64,000 bases of DNA from Scenedesmus sp. PABB004 (lineage: Eukaryota): contig JABVCE010000042.1 in NCBI GenBank assembly GCA_014905635.1, positions 62,001 through 126,000 of the forward strand, in the 5' to 3' direction. The position numbers and the translations under genes are program-made. Below, in pieces: positions 47,890 through 60,800 of this stretch. How positions within the stretch are numbered: position 1 is the first letter of the stretch; every line of letters starts with the position of its first letter. Below the pieces are notes generated by a model that ran no database searches, was not told the origin of the DNA, and saw nothing but the letters and a program-made list of their open reading frames with translations.

Positions 47890-50800
47890 TCAGTTGTTGG
47901 CGCCGGCGGCCGGCGCGTCATAGAAGCGCACCGCGTCGGGCGTGGTCGTGGACGACAGCCCCGGCCCGCCGCAGCGCGACACCGCGGCCGCGAGCGCGCC
48001 CACGTCGGCGCCCTTCTCGGCCGCGACGAGCTCCAGCGCGGCGCCAAACTGGGCAAAGGTGATCTTCTTGCAGCCCTGCGGTGCGCGCGCGGCGTGCGCG
48101 GTGCGCGCGGGCAGGCGGCGCGCGCGTCACCCGCCGCGCGCGCGGCCGCCGCCGCGCCGCGCCTCCGTGCGGGGCGCGCGCGCGGCGTGGCGCCTCTGCT
48201 GTCCAGGGGCCTCGCCTTGGTCTTGACCTTGGCGAAGACGATGTCGGCCGAGGTGGTGGTGAACCGGCCGTCCAGCAGGCCCGCCTCGCGGCAGAGCTTC
48301 ACAAACCTGCGCACGCACGCGCAGCCGGCCGGGGGCGGGGCGGCCGCGGCGGTCGCGGCACGGTCGCGCGGCGCGGTCGCGCGGCGCCCCGCCAGCCGCG
48401 GCGCCTGCGTGCTGCCCGCTAAGCGGCCGCCGCCGCGCTCGCCCCTCGCGCCTCTCGCCCCGCGCACCGGAAGCCATCCATCTCGGGCCCCGCTGCCTTG
48501 CCCGCCGCGCTGCCGGGCGTGCTGCCGCGCCGCGGCTGCGGGGCGCGACGCGGCGTCAGCGCGCGCGGCTCGCGGCAGGCGCCGGCGCGCGGCGGTGGGC
48601 GGGCGGGCGGGCGGCGCCGCGGCGCGGCGTAGCGCTGCGCACCGGCGTGGGCGTCGACGCGCCGTGCCACGCCGGCTCAGCGGGCGGCTTGGGCGGCATG
48701 GCGTGGATGCCGAAGGAGGCAAACGCAGCAAACACCTCCCGCAGGTCCCCCGGCGCGACCGCCGGCGGCGCGGCGTCGCCCGCCGGCGACGCGCCGGCGG
48801 CGGGCGGGGCCTTGGCCGCGCCGCGCTTGGGCGTCCTGCGACCGCGCGCGCGCGCACACGGGCGCGGCCGGGTGAGCCGCCAGGGCCGCGCCGCGCGCCA
48901 GCACGCGCCGCGGGGCTTGCCGGCGCGCCGCGCACTTGTCGGGGGAGGCGGGCGAGGGCGACTTGTCGCTGCGCCGCGACATCATGCCGGACAGCGCGTC
49001 CTTCAGCGCGTCCCGCAGGCTGCCGCTGCGCGCCGGCGGCGGCGTGGCGGCCTTGCCTGCGCGCGGCGACGGCGGCGCGCGGCGCGTGAGCGCGGAGGGC
49101 CGGCGGGGGGGGGGGGGGGCTGCGGCGGGCAGGGGCGCTGAGCGCGCGGCGTGTGCGGCGCCGCACCGCCGGCGGAGGAGCGCCGACCGCTGAGCGGCAG
49201 GCAGCCGGGCGTGCCGGGGCTGCCGGGCGCGTCCGCGCCGCCGCCGGACGTCGCGCGGCGGCTGCAGTCGCCGCCCGCAAACGGCGTCGCGGGTGCGTCG
49301 CCTGGGGCGGCGCGGCGGTGCGGCGGCGAGCGCGCTCAGCGGACAAGCGGGTGCGCCGGCGGGACGCGGGTGCGCCGGCGCGCGTGCGTGCGCCGCGCCT
49401 CACCCGCGGCGCCAGAGGCGCGCCGGCCGGCGGCGCCGGGCGCCGCGCCGCCGGCGGACGACAGCCGGCCGGGCGTGGCGGCGGGGCTGGCGGGCTCGCC
49501 CTCCAGCAGCACCACCTTCTTGCCGGCCGACCTGCGGCGCCCGGCGCGGCGCGGGGCCGGCTGCTGCTTGCCGCAACGCACGCGCGCCGCGTCGCCGCGC
49601 GGCCCGGGCCCCGGGCCCCGGCGCGCGCCGCACCTGGGCGTGCCGCCGCGCTTGACGCCGCGCACGTCGGCGGGCGAGCGGTCGAGGTAGGCCGGCAGGT
49701 CGAAGCGTGCCGCCTCGGCGGTCGAGGGGCCGCCGCGGGCGTAGACGCCGGTGTAGGAGGCCTGAGCCGCGGCGCGGCGCGGGGCGCAGCGCGCACGCGC
49801 GGCGTGGGCGGCCGCTCTCGGCGCGGCGCAGCGCAGCGTCCGCGCGAGGGTGTGAGGGTCGCCGTGTCGGAGCGGGCCCCCGCGGCGCCGCCGCCCACCT
49901 TGTCGTCGTGCAGGCGCACGCTGTCGGCCTTGGTCGCGTGCGCGATCGGCCCGCCCGCGCGCAGCACCTGCGCGACCGTCTCCTCAAACGCCACCACCTA
50001 GCGCGCGGCGGCGCGCGGCGGCGGGCGGGCGGCGGCGCCGCGTGTGTGCGCAGGCGCGGCGCGGCGCGGGCGGCGCAGCTCGTGCACGACAGCAGGAGCG
50101 GCAGGCAGGCGCAGCACCTTTTTGTCTGAGAGCTCCGCCAGGGCGGTCAGGAACTGCTCGAAGCTGATGCGCCGCGTACCCTTGGCCTTGACCTGCGCCA
50201 CAGCGGCGGCGGCGGCGGCGGCGGCGGCGCGTGAGCGGGCTGCCGGCGGCGGCACCGCCGGCCGGGGCCGCGTGGAGCCTGCGGCGTTGCCCGGGGCTCT
50301 AGCCACCACCGTCACACACGCACCTTGGCGAAGATCAGGTCGGCGTCGGTGGTGGTGAGGTGCCGGCCGAGCAGGTCGCAGTCGCGGCAGAGCTTCTGCC
50401 AGTGCGCGCCGTCCATCTCGTCCACGGGCTCGCGGCTGCCGAACGAGGAATAGCTTATGAACGCGGCCGTCAGGTCATCTGCGGGCGCGGGAGAGCGGGA
50501 GGGAGGGAGGGAGGAGCGACGGGCGCGGCCCGCCTGAGCCCCCGCGCGCGCGCGCGCCGGCGCTGCGCCGCACTTTGCCGCGCCGCGCCGCGCACGCCGC
50601 AGCAGCGCTGCCCCGCGCGGCCCGGCGCGGCCCCGCGCGCGGCGCGCCTTCCGCCTGCAGGCCGAGCTTGAAGCGCAGCGTCTGCCGCGCGCGCGCCATG
50701 ACGAGGGCATCGTAGAAGCGCACAAACGCGGCGTAGCCCAGCCCCCGCCCCGCCGCGGCGGCGGCCGCGTCGGCGACGCGCATGTGGTTGGCCGTCAGCA

Positions 50801-52635
50801 GCGCGGCCTCGCCCAGGCCGCGTCCGTCGAGCAGCCCCAGGTCGGCCAGCACCGCCTGGGCGCGCGCGCGCGGTGGGCGGGCGGGCGGGCGGGCGCGGGC
50901 GCGTGGCCGGTGTGGCTCGGCGGCCGCGGGGAGGCCGGCCCGGCCGCGTCGTCGGGCGCCGCCCCGCGGCGCAGCAGCGGGCGCCGCCGCGCGGCGTGCG
51001 CGTGCGCACGCGCGCGCACCTGGAGCTCGTCGCTCTCAATCGCGCCGCTGCGGTTGCGGTCGTACCAGCGGAACAGGTCAGCAAACAGCCCTGCCGGCGC
51101 GGCGCCGTCGCCGTCGGGCGCGGCCCCGCCGGCCACGCTCGACGCGGAGACCTCGGGGCTGATCGCGCAGCCGCCGCGCGCCGACGCGAGGCCGCCGCCG
51201 GGCGCGGCGTCGGGCGCCGAGGAGGGCAGCAGGCCGCGGAGAACCAGGTCCAGGTCCAGCTCCGACTCGGGCACCTGCTGCGCGCGTGCGCGGTCAGCGG
51301 CGCGTGTGCGGTCAGCAGCGCGTGTGTTGTCGGCGCCGCGGGCGCGGTCAGCGGCGCGGGCAGGGCGGTGGCAGCGCGGCGCGAGCAGCGCGGCGCGCCT
51401 GGGCGACCTCCTGGGCGAGCGCCTCGGGCGTCACCACGAGCAGCCGCGCGACCTCGGCCAGCGACGCCTCGCTGTCGCGCAGGCCCAGCACGCCTGCGCG
51501 CGGGCGGCGCGGCGTCGGCGTTGGCGCCCTCGCTCCCGCCATGCCGCGCGCCGCCCGGCACCGCCGCGCACCGCGTGGGATGCTGCCGCCGCCCATCTGC
51601 TTCAGCGTGCGCCGCAGCTGCCGCGCCGCGTCGCGGTAGTTGGGCGGCGCGAGCGCGCGGCCGTCCGGCAGCGCCAGCAGGCCCTCGCCCTGCGCACGGC
51701 GGCGGCGGCGCGCGTCGGCGCGCGTCGGCGGCGCCCGTGGGCCGCGAGGGCTCTGGCCACGGCGCGCCCCGGAGCGGTCTCTGCTGCCCCCGACAACGCC
51801 CTCCGCCTCCCCCTTCCCCCCTGTGGGCTCGCCTTGACCATCTCCAGCACCGCCTCGTGCAGCGTGTCCAGCTCCTCCTTGGCGCGCTCGTTGGACACGA
51901 GGCGCAACAGCCAGCCTGCAAACGCGCCGCGCCGCGGCGCGGCGTGGGCCGCCGTCTGTCGCCGTTGGCGCCGTGGCTGGCGCGCGCGACATGCAGCGGC
52001 GCGCAGCGCGTGGCGCACCCGGCTGCGAGAACCCGTCCACGAGCGCGGCGGCGTCGTCAAAGCACGACGACAGCGCCTCGAGCGCGGCGCCGCCGACCGG
52101 CGCGCCCTTGCGGCCTGCGGGGGCGGCGCGGCGCGCGGCGGCGGGTTGCTGGCGGGCGGGCGCGGGCGCGCCGGCGCGCGGGCTGGCCGGCGCGGGAGCG
52201 GCGCCGGCGCCGCCGCTGCTGCTGCTGCGCGTGTGGTCACCCGCGTGGTCGAGCACGACGAGCACGTCGCAGCCGAGCGCCGCGATCTGGGCGCACGCGG
52301 GGCGGTTGACCACCGCCATGGACGCCAGCATGTCCAGCGCCACGACGGAGCCTGCGCGTTGCCGTGCGCCGGGCGCGCGCGATTCGGCCGACAGCTGCGC
52401 GCGCGCGCGCGCGCGGACGGCGGGCCGGCGTGCCGCCGCGCGGCGCCGCACCGAACAGCTTGCCCGTCGCGGGCGTGCGCTGCAGCAGGGCGTGCAGGCC
52501 GGCGCCGATGCGGCCCAGGCGCTCCTGCAGGAAATGTTCGACGTCGCCGAGCGCCGCCGCGCCGCGGGCGTGCGGCACGAACGCCGCCGCGTGCTCCCGC
52601 GGCGCCGAGGCCGGGGCGCCGTAGACGCCCGCCAT
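47890..52635 (-). CDS. Multidomain protein: N-terminal helical bundle (MLKL/MCA-like), EF-hand, two TPPP/p25-alpha domains
   Basis: EF-hand YDRNRSGAIESDEL; p25 domain 1 EMDGAHWQKLCRDC..TTTDADLIFAK|VKAKG..RLHDDK|ASYTGVYARGGP; p25 domain 2 MDGFR|FVKLCREAG..SADIVFAKVK..ITFAQF..VRFYD; exons join in frame from ATG 52635. Confidence 0.8.
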
Positions 52636-53002
52636 GCAGCCGGCGCTTGCCGGGGCGGGGGCGGCGGGCGCGCGGCGGCGCCGCGTTCAACAACGGCGCC
52701 GCGCGGCGTGCGAGGGCGGGCGCGGACCGGCGAGCGCTTGGGCGGGCGGCGATCGCTCTCTGTGGCGGCCTGGCTGCGGCGGGCGGGGTCTGGGCGCGGC
52801 ACGGGGCCTTGTGGACCGCGGGCACAGCGCGGCGACTCGCAGCAGCCGCTCCGCTCGACCCCTGGGTCCCACCGGGTGCACGACCTGCACACCCACAGAG
52901 CAGGTCTGTCGCCACCGCCCGCGAGCGGAGGTCCCCGCGCGCGCCCTGCAGTCGCACGCCCTCAGCGTCCCCGTTCGTGTGCGGAGGGAGGCGGCCGTCA
53001 CC

Positions 53003-54412
53003 ATGCCGTCGGGTGCGCAGGCGACGGCGCTCGGCAGCGCGCCCGCGGCGCGGCCATCCTCGCTGCCGCAGCAGCCGCGCCCACGCTCTGCCTCTCTTGC
53101 CCGCAGGCTTCCGGCTGGACACGGACGCCTGGCTGAAGGAGTATGAGAAGTGCAAGGACCTCACGCAGGAGATCGTGACGCTGGTGCAGGTGCGGCGCCG
53201 GGAGCAGCGGCGGCGCGGGCAGCTGGGGCGCCGCCCCCGCTCGCTCGACAGAGCGGCGGCGCCGCGGCGGGCCTGACGCGCCTGGAGCGCCGCTGGAGCG
53301 CTGCTGGAGCGCCAGCCGGCGGGCGGCGGCGGCCGCGGCGGCCGGCGAGCAGCGGCCGGCGGGCGTCGCCGCTTACACCCGCGCCCGCGCGCGCGCAGGA
53401 GCGCAACCTGCAGCACCCCGACGGCGGGCCCGAGGCGTCGCGCATGACCGCGAACGCGCGCCGCAAGCTCGGCACGCTCGGCACGAGCCTGGACCAGCTC
53501 TTCCGCTGGATCGACTCGCCAGAGGCGGCCGCGCTGTGAGCAGCAGCGCGCCGCGCGCCGCGCGCCGCGCGCCGCCCGCCGCAGGGGCCGCGCGGGCGGC
53601 GGGCGCGCGCAGCGCGGCGCGCTGACCGCGCCGGCGACGCCGGCCGCGCCGGCGCCGCAGGAGCGAGCAGGAGCGCTTCCGGCGGCGCGACCTGCTGCAC
53701 GCGCTCAAGCACCGGCGCGAGCAGGTCCAGCAGAGCATCAAGCGCGGCGCCAACAGCAGCGACAGGTGCGCGCGGCCGGGCGCCCGCGGCGCCGCGGCCG
53801 CGCCCCGGCCGACGCGCGCGGCCGACGCCGCTCGCCGCGCCGCAGGGAGTCGCTGCTGGCGGGCGGCGGCGGGCCGCGGCAGCCGGCGCGCGAGACGGAG
53901 GCGACGGCCGAGCTGGACGGGCGGGGGCTGGTGCAGCTGCAGCAGGCCGTCATGGCGCAGCAGGACCAGGAGCTGGAGCAGATGGAGCGCACCGTCATCA
54001 GCACCAAGGTGCGCCGGCCGCGGCTGCTGCAGCGGCGGGCTACTGCAGCGGCGGCCGCTGCAGCGGCGGCGGCGCCAGCGGGCCGCGCGCGCCAGCGGGC
54101 CGCGCGCGCCAGCGGGCCGCGCGTGCCAGGGCCCGCCGCGCTCACCCGTCGCCGCCGCGGCGCGCGCGCGGCGCGCCGCAGCACATCGCGCTGACGATCG
54201 GCGAGGAGGTCGACCTGCACACGCGGCTGCTCACGGAGCTGGACGAGGACGTCGACGTCACGCACACGCGCCTGCGCGCGGCGACGAAGCGCGTGCGGCA
54301 CGTGCTGCGGCACAGCAGCAACTGGAAGGGCGGGCTGTGCATCTTCATGCTCATCATCTGCCTCACGCTGCTGCTGCTCGTGGCGTTCAAGGTCATCCGC
54401 CTCTTCAAGTGA
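53003..54412 (+). CDS. SYP5: Qc-SNARE, syntaxin-of-plants 5 / syntaxin-8 type (6 exons)
   Basis: DAWLKEYE, RRKLGTLG, RRRDLL, QDQELEQMERTVISTK|HIALTIGEEVDLHTRLL, C-terminal TM helix. Confidence 0.92.
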
Positions 54413-54832
54413 GCCCATCGTGTGGTGGCAGCGCGGTGGCAGCGAGCTGGGGAGGTGGCATGACGGCGTTGTACATCAGACTTTTGGGGGGGGGGGGGGA
54501 TCGCACTTGAGCATTTCATCGGCGCCGCGCCGCCCGCAGCCCTCTCTGCTGCGGCGGCGCGGCGCAGCGCCGCGCGGGGTTTCGGGCGCACCTGCAACCG
54601 CTCCGACACCGCCTATCTCCCGCGACCGGCTCACTCACGGGCGCCAGGCACTCTCCCAGGGGTGCCTTGCGGGGGCCACGCGACCGCAGCGACCGCCGCT
54701 CCCGGCTCCTGCGCCGCCCGCGCAGCGCTACGCCTTCTCCAGCGTGGCTTGCAGGTCGCGCAAGTGCTGTGACAAAGCCGGCGGGCCGTGCCACTGCGGG
54801 GCGGCAGCAAACAGCGCGGGTCAAAGCGGCAG

Positions 54833-57800
54833 ATGTCCCGCCCGGGCTGGAGCCTGGCGAGCATCGGCATCCCCATCGACACCATCGTCCGCGTGCATGG
54901 CGGGGCGCCCGGTGCGCGCGGCGGGGCGGCGGCGGCGGCGGCGGCGGCAGCGCTGGCGGCAGCCGAGCGCGCGGCGCCGTCGCGGCGTGGCGCTCCACAG
55001 GGGCCCGGCAGGACCTGCAGACCTCCCGCAGCCGCGTGTCCATCATCAGACCCGGCGCGTTGCAGCCAAAGCCGTGAGCGGCGGCGCCTGGCGCAGCGCG
55101 CAGCGCGCCACGCGCGGTGCCAGACCCCGCCGCGCCGCGCCGACGCTCCGCCTGCGGCGCGCGCTCGCAGGGAGGACGAGTTTGACGTGACCTATGTGCG
55201 CGCGCGGCGCCCACGCGGGCGGCGGCGCAGGCAGCGGCGCCGCGCGGCACGCCGGCCGGCGAGCGCTCGCTGCCGGTGACGCGCGCCGGCCGGCGCCGCA
55301 GGTGTACGGCCGCGACGCGGAGCCGGCCGACGTGCACGCGCGCAGCATCGCGCCGCTCGTGCGCAAGCTGGTGGAGGGCTACAACGTGGCGGTCCTGCTC
55401 TTTGGCGCGACGGGCGCGGGCAAGACGTCGACGCTCGAGGGCGCGCGGGCGCGCGCGCCGCGGCCCGGCGGCGGCGGCGACGCGGGCGCCGAGGGCGACG
55501 GCCTGGTGCACCACGCCATCGATGAGCTCTTCGCCCTGCTGCACGGCAAGGCCGTGAGCATCGGTGCGCGAGTGCAGCGCTGGCGGCCAGCGCCCGCGGC
55601 GGGCCCCGGGCCCGGCGCGCCGGGCTCCGCGCGGAGGCGGGCAGATCGCGGGTCTCCAGGGCGGCCCCGACGCGCCACGCGCGGCCGCCGCGGCCTGCCG
55701 CCGCAGGGGAGGCGGTGGCCAAGCGGCGGCGCGTGCCCGCGGCGCGGGGGTTTGACTGGTTTGTCGAGAGCAGCTTTGTCGAGCTCTACGACGAGGCCGC
55801 GCACGACCTCCTCGCGCGCGACGCCGCCGCCGCGGCGGCCGCGCTGCCGGTGCGCCGCGCGCGCGCACGCGCGGGCGGCGGGCGCGGGGCGGCCCCGCGG
55901 CGGCGGCAGGGCGCGCCGCCCCCCGTGCCGCTCCACAGCCGCCGGCCGCGGCGCGGCGCGCAGGTGGCGGAGGACGAGACGGAGGGCCCCGTGGTCACGG
56001 GGCTGACCGCGCGGCCCGCGCGCGGCGCCGACGAGCTGCGCGCCGCGTTCAACGCCGGCGCGGCCGCGCGCGACAGCCACCGCAGCGACCTCGGCAGCGT
56101 GCACGAGCGCGCCGCCGCGCTCTTCACCGTGAGCGTCGCGCAGCACGCGCCCGCGGCGGTGCACGGGGAGGAGGACCGCGTCATGGTGCGGCGGCAGACG
56201 GCGGCAGCGTCGCTGGCGCGAGGGCAACAATGGCGCGCGCGCGAGAGGCCGGCCGGCCGGCCGGCGCGCGGCCGCGCCTGCAGGTGTCGCGGCTGACGTT
56301 TGTGGACCTGCCCGGCGCGGAGCGCCTGGCGATGGACCCGGAGGTCCTCCGCCTGCGCGAGGGGCTGTCGATCAACCGGGGCCTGCTCGCGCTCGCGCGA
56401 GTGCTGCGCGCGCTGGCGCAGGACGGCGGCGGCGGCGGCGGCGCGTTTGCGGGGCACGACGACTCGCTGCTCACGCGCCTGCTCGCCGGTGCGGCGCGGC
56501 GCGGCGTGCGCGGCGCGGCGTGCGCGGCGCGGCGTGCGCGGCGCGTGGGCGCCGCGCACGGCAGGCCTCAGTGCTCCCAGCGCTCCCAGCGCTCCCCGCG
56601 CGCGCGCGCCGCCGCAGACGCGCTCGGCGGCAACTGCCTCACGCTGCTCGTCGGCGCGGTGCGCGTCGGCGACGACTTTGAGTCGACGTCGGCGACGCTG
56701 CGGCAGCTCGCCGTCGCGCGCGGCGTGCGCAACTTTCCCATCATCAACCACTCGCGCGCGCGCGGCCTGCTCAAGGGGCTGCGGCACCGCCTGCACGCCG
56801 TCATGGTGCGTGCTGCGCGGCGCGCGGCGCGCGCCGGGCGGGGCGGGGGAGAGGCGGGGCGGACCAAACACACCGCGCCGCCGAAAAAAAACACCAGCTC
56901 CGCCTTGGGGGCGTCACGGCACCCCCACGGGCGCCACTGGCGCCGGCACACCAGCCGCGCCGAGCAGCGGCGGTTGTGCAAAAAAAACGCCGTGCCGCCG
57001 GGCGCGGCTCGGGGACCCAGAAGCGCCAGCAGGCCGCTCGCCCGTGCAGCCCGCCTCGCCGGCCGCACCCCGGGCGCGACGCAGCGCCGTCAGCGCGCGC
57101 GAGGCCGAACAGCAGCAGCCAGCAGCGCCGCGCGCCCGCGCTGGTGGTTGGCCGCGCATGGCGGCCCCTGGGCCCGGCATGGGTGCCTGGAAGCTCGCGT
57201 GGATGGTGTTCGCCTATGTGTGGATGGCCATCGCGTCTGGTGCGGCGGCGCGGGCGGCGCGAGCAGCGGTGGTGCTCGCCGCGGGCCCGCCGCACCGCCG
57301 CGTCACGCGCGCCGCGCGGCTGCGCAGGCTGGATCAAGCTGCCGCTGCCCTATCCGGCGGTGAACCAGTACGCGCACCCCGTGCCGGGGCACGTCTACCC
57401 CTGGCGCCCGGGGTCGCTCGACAAGGTGAGCGGCGGGCGGCGGGCGAGCGCGCCCGCGGCAGCACGCGCCCGCGGCAGCACGCGCGGCGACGCGCCGGGC
57501 CGCGCCGCGCAGGGCCGGTTCAAGGTGCGCACGCGCCTCAACGCCACGCGCCTGTTCGAGGGCGTCGTCACCGGCTCGGGTGCGGCGGCGGCGGCGGCGG
57601 CGGCCGGGCCTGCGCGCGCGCCGCGCTGCCGCCGTCCTGTCCTGACCGTCCGCCGCGCCGCCGGCCGCGCCAGAGTCTGTGACGAGCGCCCCGGACGGTC
57701 GCTTCATCATGCTGGACCGCTACGGCGCGGTGCGCGCCGCGGTGCCCGTGCCCGGCGCGGGCCGCGGCGAGGCGCCGCTCGTGCTTGAGCCGCGCCCGGT

Positions 57801-60800
57801 CGCGCACCTGGGGCCGGGGCGGCCGCTCGGCGCGGCGTACGACGCGGCCGGCAACCTCATCGTCTGCGACTCGCTCAAGGTGTGTGTGTGTGTGTGTGCT
57901 TGGGGGGGGGGCATGGGTGTGTGCGTGCGCGTGCGCGGCGCGGCGGCGCCTCCTGGCTCGCCGCGGCCCACACCCGCCCCCCTCCCCACTCCCCCTCTGC
58001 CGCCGCGGCGCGCTCGCGCAGGGCCTGGTCATGCTCGAGGCGGGCAGCGGGCGCGTCGTGCTGCTCACGAGCCGCGTGAGCAAGAGCAGCCCGTCGGGGG
58101 CGGGCAGCCTGCTGAACTACGTCAACGACCTGGACATCGCCCCAGACGGCACGGTCTACTTCACCGACAGCGTCGACATCCACCCCCACCGCAACGCGCA
58201 GCCGGTCAACGACGTCACCCACATCATCTCCATCCAGGGCGACCCAGGCTTCTACGACACCGCCAAGTCGTGGGCGCTCGGCATGCTGCAGGTCCAGGCC
58301 TGGTGGAGCCGCGCGCCGCGTGCCGCGCACGCGCCGCCGCCTCGCCGTGCCGCTGGCACCGCCGCCAACACAGCTGCCGCCGCCGCCGCCGTGCCGCCAC
58401 CAACGCCGCCGCCGCCGCGGCGCAGGGCCTGCCGCGCGGGCGCCTGCTCGCCTACTTCCCCGGCAACCGCAGCACGCACGTCGTGTCCGAGGGCTTCTAC
58501 TACCCCAACGGCGTGGCCCTCGGCCCCGACGGCACCTGGCTCGCGCTCGCGGAGACCGACCGCCTGCGCGTGCTCAAGTGCGCGGGCGCGCGCGGCGGGG
58601 AAGGTTCTTTGGGGTGGCGTGGGGTCCGGTCGGTGGGACGCGGGTGGGCGCGGGCCTGGCTCGTCTCTGACGCGCTGCGCCGCGCCGCGCCGCGCGCCGC
58701 CGCGCGGCGCCGCAGGGTGTGGCTGCCGCCGCACCCGGCCGCGGGGCGGAGCGAGGTGCTGATCGACGACCTGCCCGGCACGCCCGACGGCATCCACCAC
58801 GCGCACGGCGGCGGGTTCTGGGTGTCGCTGCTCTCCAACATCCCCGGGTACACGCGCTGGTTCGGCATGCCCCTCGTGCGCGGCGTGCTGGGCTGGATCC
58901 CGGAGAACCGCCGCCCCCAGGCGCGCCGCCCGCCGCGCCGTGCCGCCCGCCGCGCCGCCCGCCGCGCCGCGCTGCCCGCCGAGCGCTGAGCGTGCCCGCC
59001 GAGCGCGCCCACCGAGCGCGCCCGCTGAGCGCGCCCGCTGAGCGTCCGTGCGCCGCCGCGCGTCGCGCGTCCAGGTGCCGAGCTGGGGCGCGGTGCTCAA
59101 GGTGACGGCCGACGGCCGCGTGCTGCAGTGGCTCGTTGACCTGAAGGGCGAGTCGGTCGCCAAGATTCCCTCCGCGCACGAGGCGGGCGGGCGGCTGTTC
59201 TTTGGCAACCTGGCGGGGCGCTACGTGAGCTACATTGACCTGGACACCCTGCCGCCAGACGGCGCGGAGGTCGGGGACGAGTGAACGGCCGGCCTCCTGG
59301 CGCGCGCATTCACCGAGGCGCTGGGGGCGCCGCGCGGGGGCGGCGGGCGGGGCGGGGCGGGGCGTGGGCGTGGGCGTGGGGAAAGGGAGGCAAGCCAGCG
59401 GCGCCTGCGGCGGGTGCGTGCCAGCGGTCGCGGAGCATGGCGGGCGCGTGGGCCAAACCAACTGCAGCGAAACAAGGGATACGGGGGCTGCAGCACTGCC
59501 AAGCCTGCGCCAGGCCCACGCGTCAAGCGGGGAGGCCCACGCGTGTCAAGCTCGTTGGCGAGGCCTCACAAACTTCTTCAGGCCACAAACGGGGCCGGTG
59601 ATGAGGCGCACGGCGCGCGGCGCGCGGGCGCGTTGGACTGGACGGGCCGCGAGCGGCGCATCTGTCGGGCCGCCGCCTTGTGCGCGCTCGCATTTCACAC
59701 ACGCTGTAATTCCACAGACCCGGCCGGCCGGCGCCCGGGGGGTCGGTCGGCTGGCTGGTGTTTGACGCCGCGCTGCACCGCCTCGCCTGCGCAGGCGGCT
59801 GGCGCCTCACGCCGCCGCTGCCGCCGCCGCGCGCGCAGGAGGACCGCGAGCTGCTGCGCGACCAGCTGCGCGCCGCGCCCGCGGAGGGCGACCCGCAGGA
59901 CAGGGCGATCAGCATCGCCAAGGTGCGGCGGCCGGGCCGCGGAGCGGCGTCGCCGCGCGCACGCGCCGGCACTGCGGCGGCCTTGTGGTGCGCACGCGCT
60001 CACGCGCGCCCGCCGGCCGCCGCCGCCGCGCAGCTGCGCGACCTCGAGGCGCGCCTGCTGGAGGAGCGCGAGGAGAAGGTGGCGCTGGCGGGTGGGCGCG
60101 GGCGTGGGCCCCGGCCGCGCGGCGGCCCGCCGCCGCGCGCGGCCGGCTGACACCACCGCCCGCATATGCGCCGCCGTGGGGGCGCCGCAGGTGAAAAGGC
60201 CTTGCTCGCTGCGCGGCTGGCCAAGCTCAAGGATGCGGGCACCGACGAGCTGCGCGAGAGGGGCGAGCTGCAGGAGGCGCTCGTGCGGTGGGCCGGCGGG
60301 CTGGGCCGCCGGCGCGCGCCCGCGCCGCCGCCGGCGCGGCGCGGCCGCGGCGGCGCGCCGCCGCTGAGCTGGTGCTGCCGCCGCCGCCGCCGCCGCGGTC
60401 AGGTCTGAGGAGCAGCGGCTGGAGGTGTCGCGCGCGCTGATTGATTTTGAGGTGGAGACCAACGAGGCGCGCGCGGCCTGGGCCAAGGAGCGGTTTGCTC
60501 TGGAGCAGCGCATCCTCGAGCTGGAGAGCGGGCGGCTGGAGCACCACGTGCGGCGCGAGGACCACGCCGCGCTCGCGGACGAGCGGGACGCCCTCGCCGC
60601 GCAGCTGCGCGCGCAGGGCGACGCGACGGCGCGGGCGCAGGCAGCGCTGGACGCGGAGCGAGAGACGGTGCGTGCGCGGGCGGGGCAGGCGGGCGGCTGT
60701 GCGCGCCGGCGCGCGCCCCGTGCCGGCACTCGTGCTGCGCACCGACGACGCTCCGCGCCGCGCCCCGCAGTCGGCGGCCGCGCAGGCGGAGCTGCGGCGG

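Noticed and set aside
57158..59284. Alkaloid biosynthesis implied by the strictosidine synthase name
   Set aside because: SSL/APMAP proteins are widespread and mostly hydrolase-like; no pathway genes nearby.
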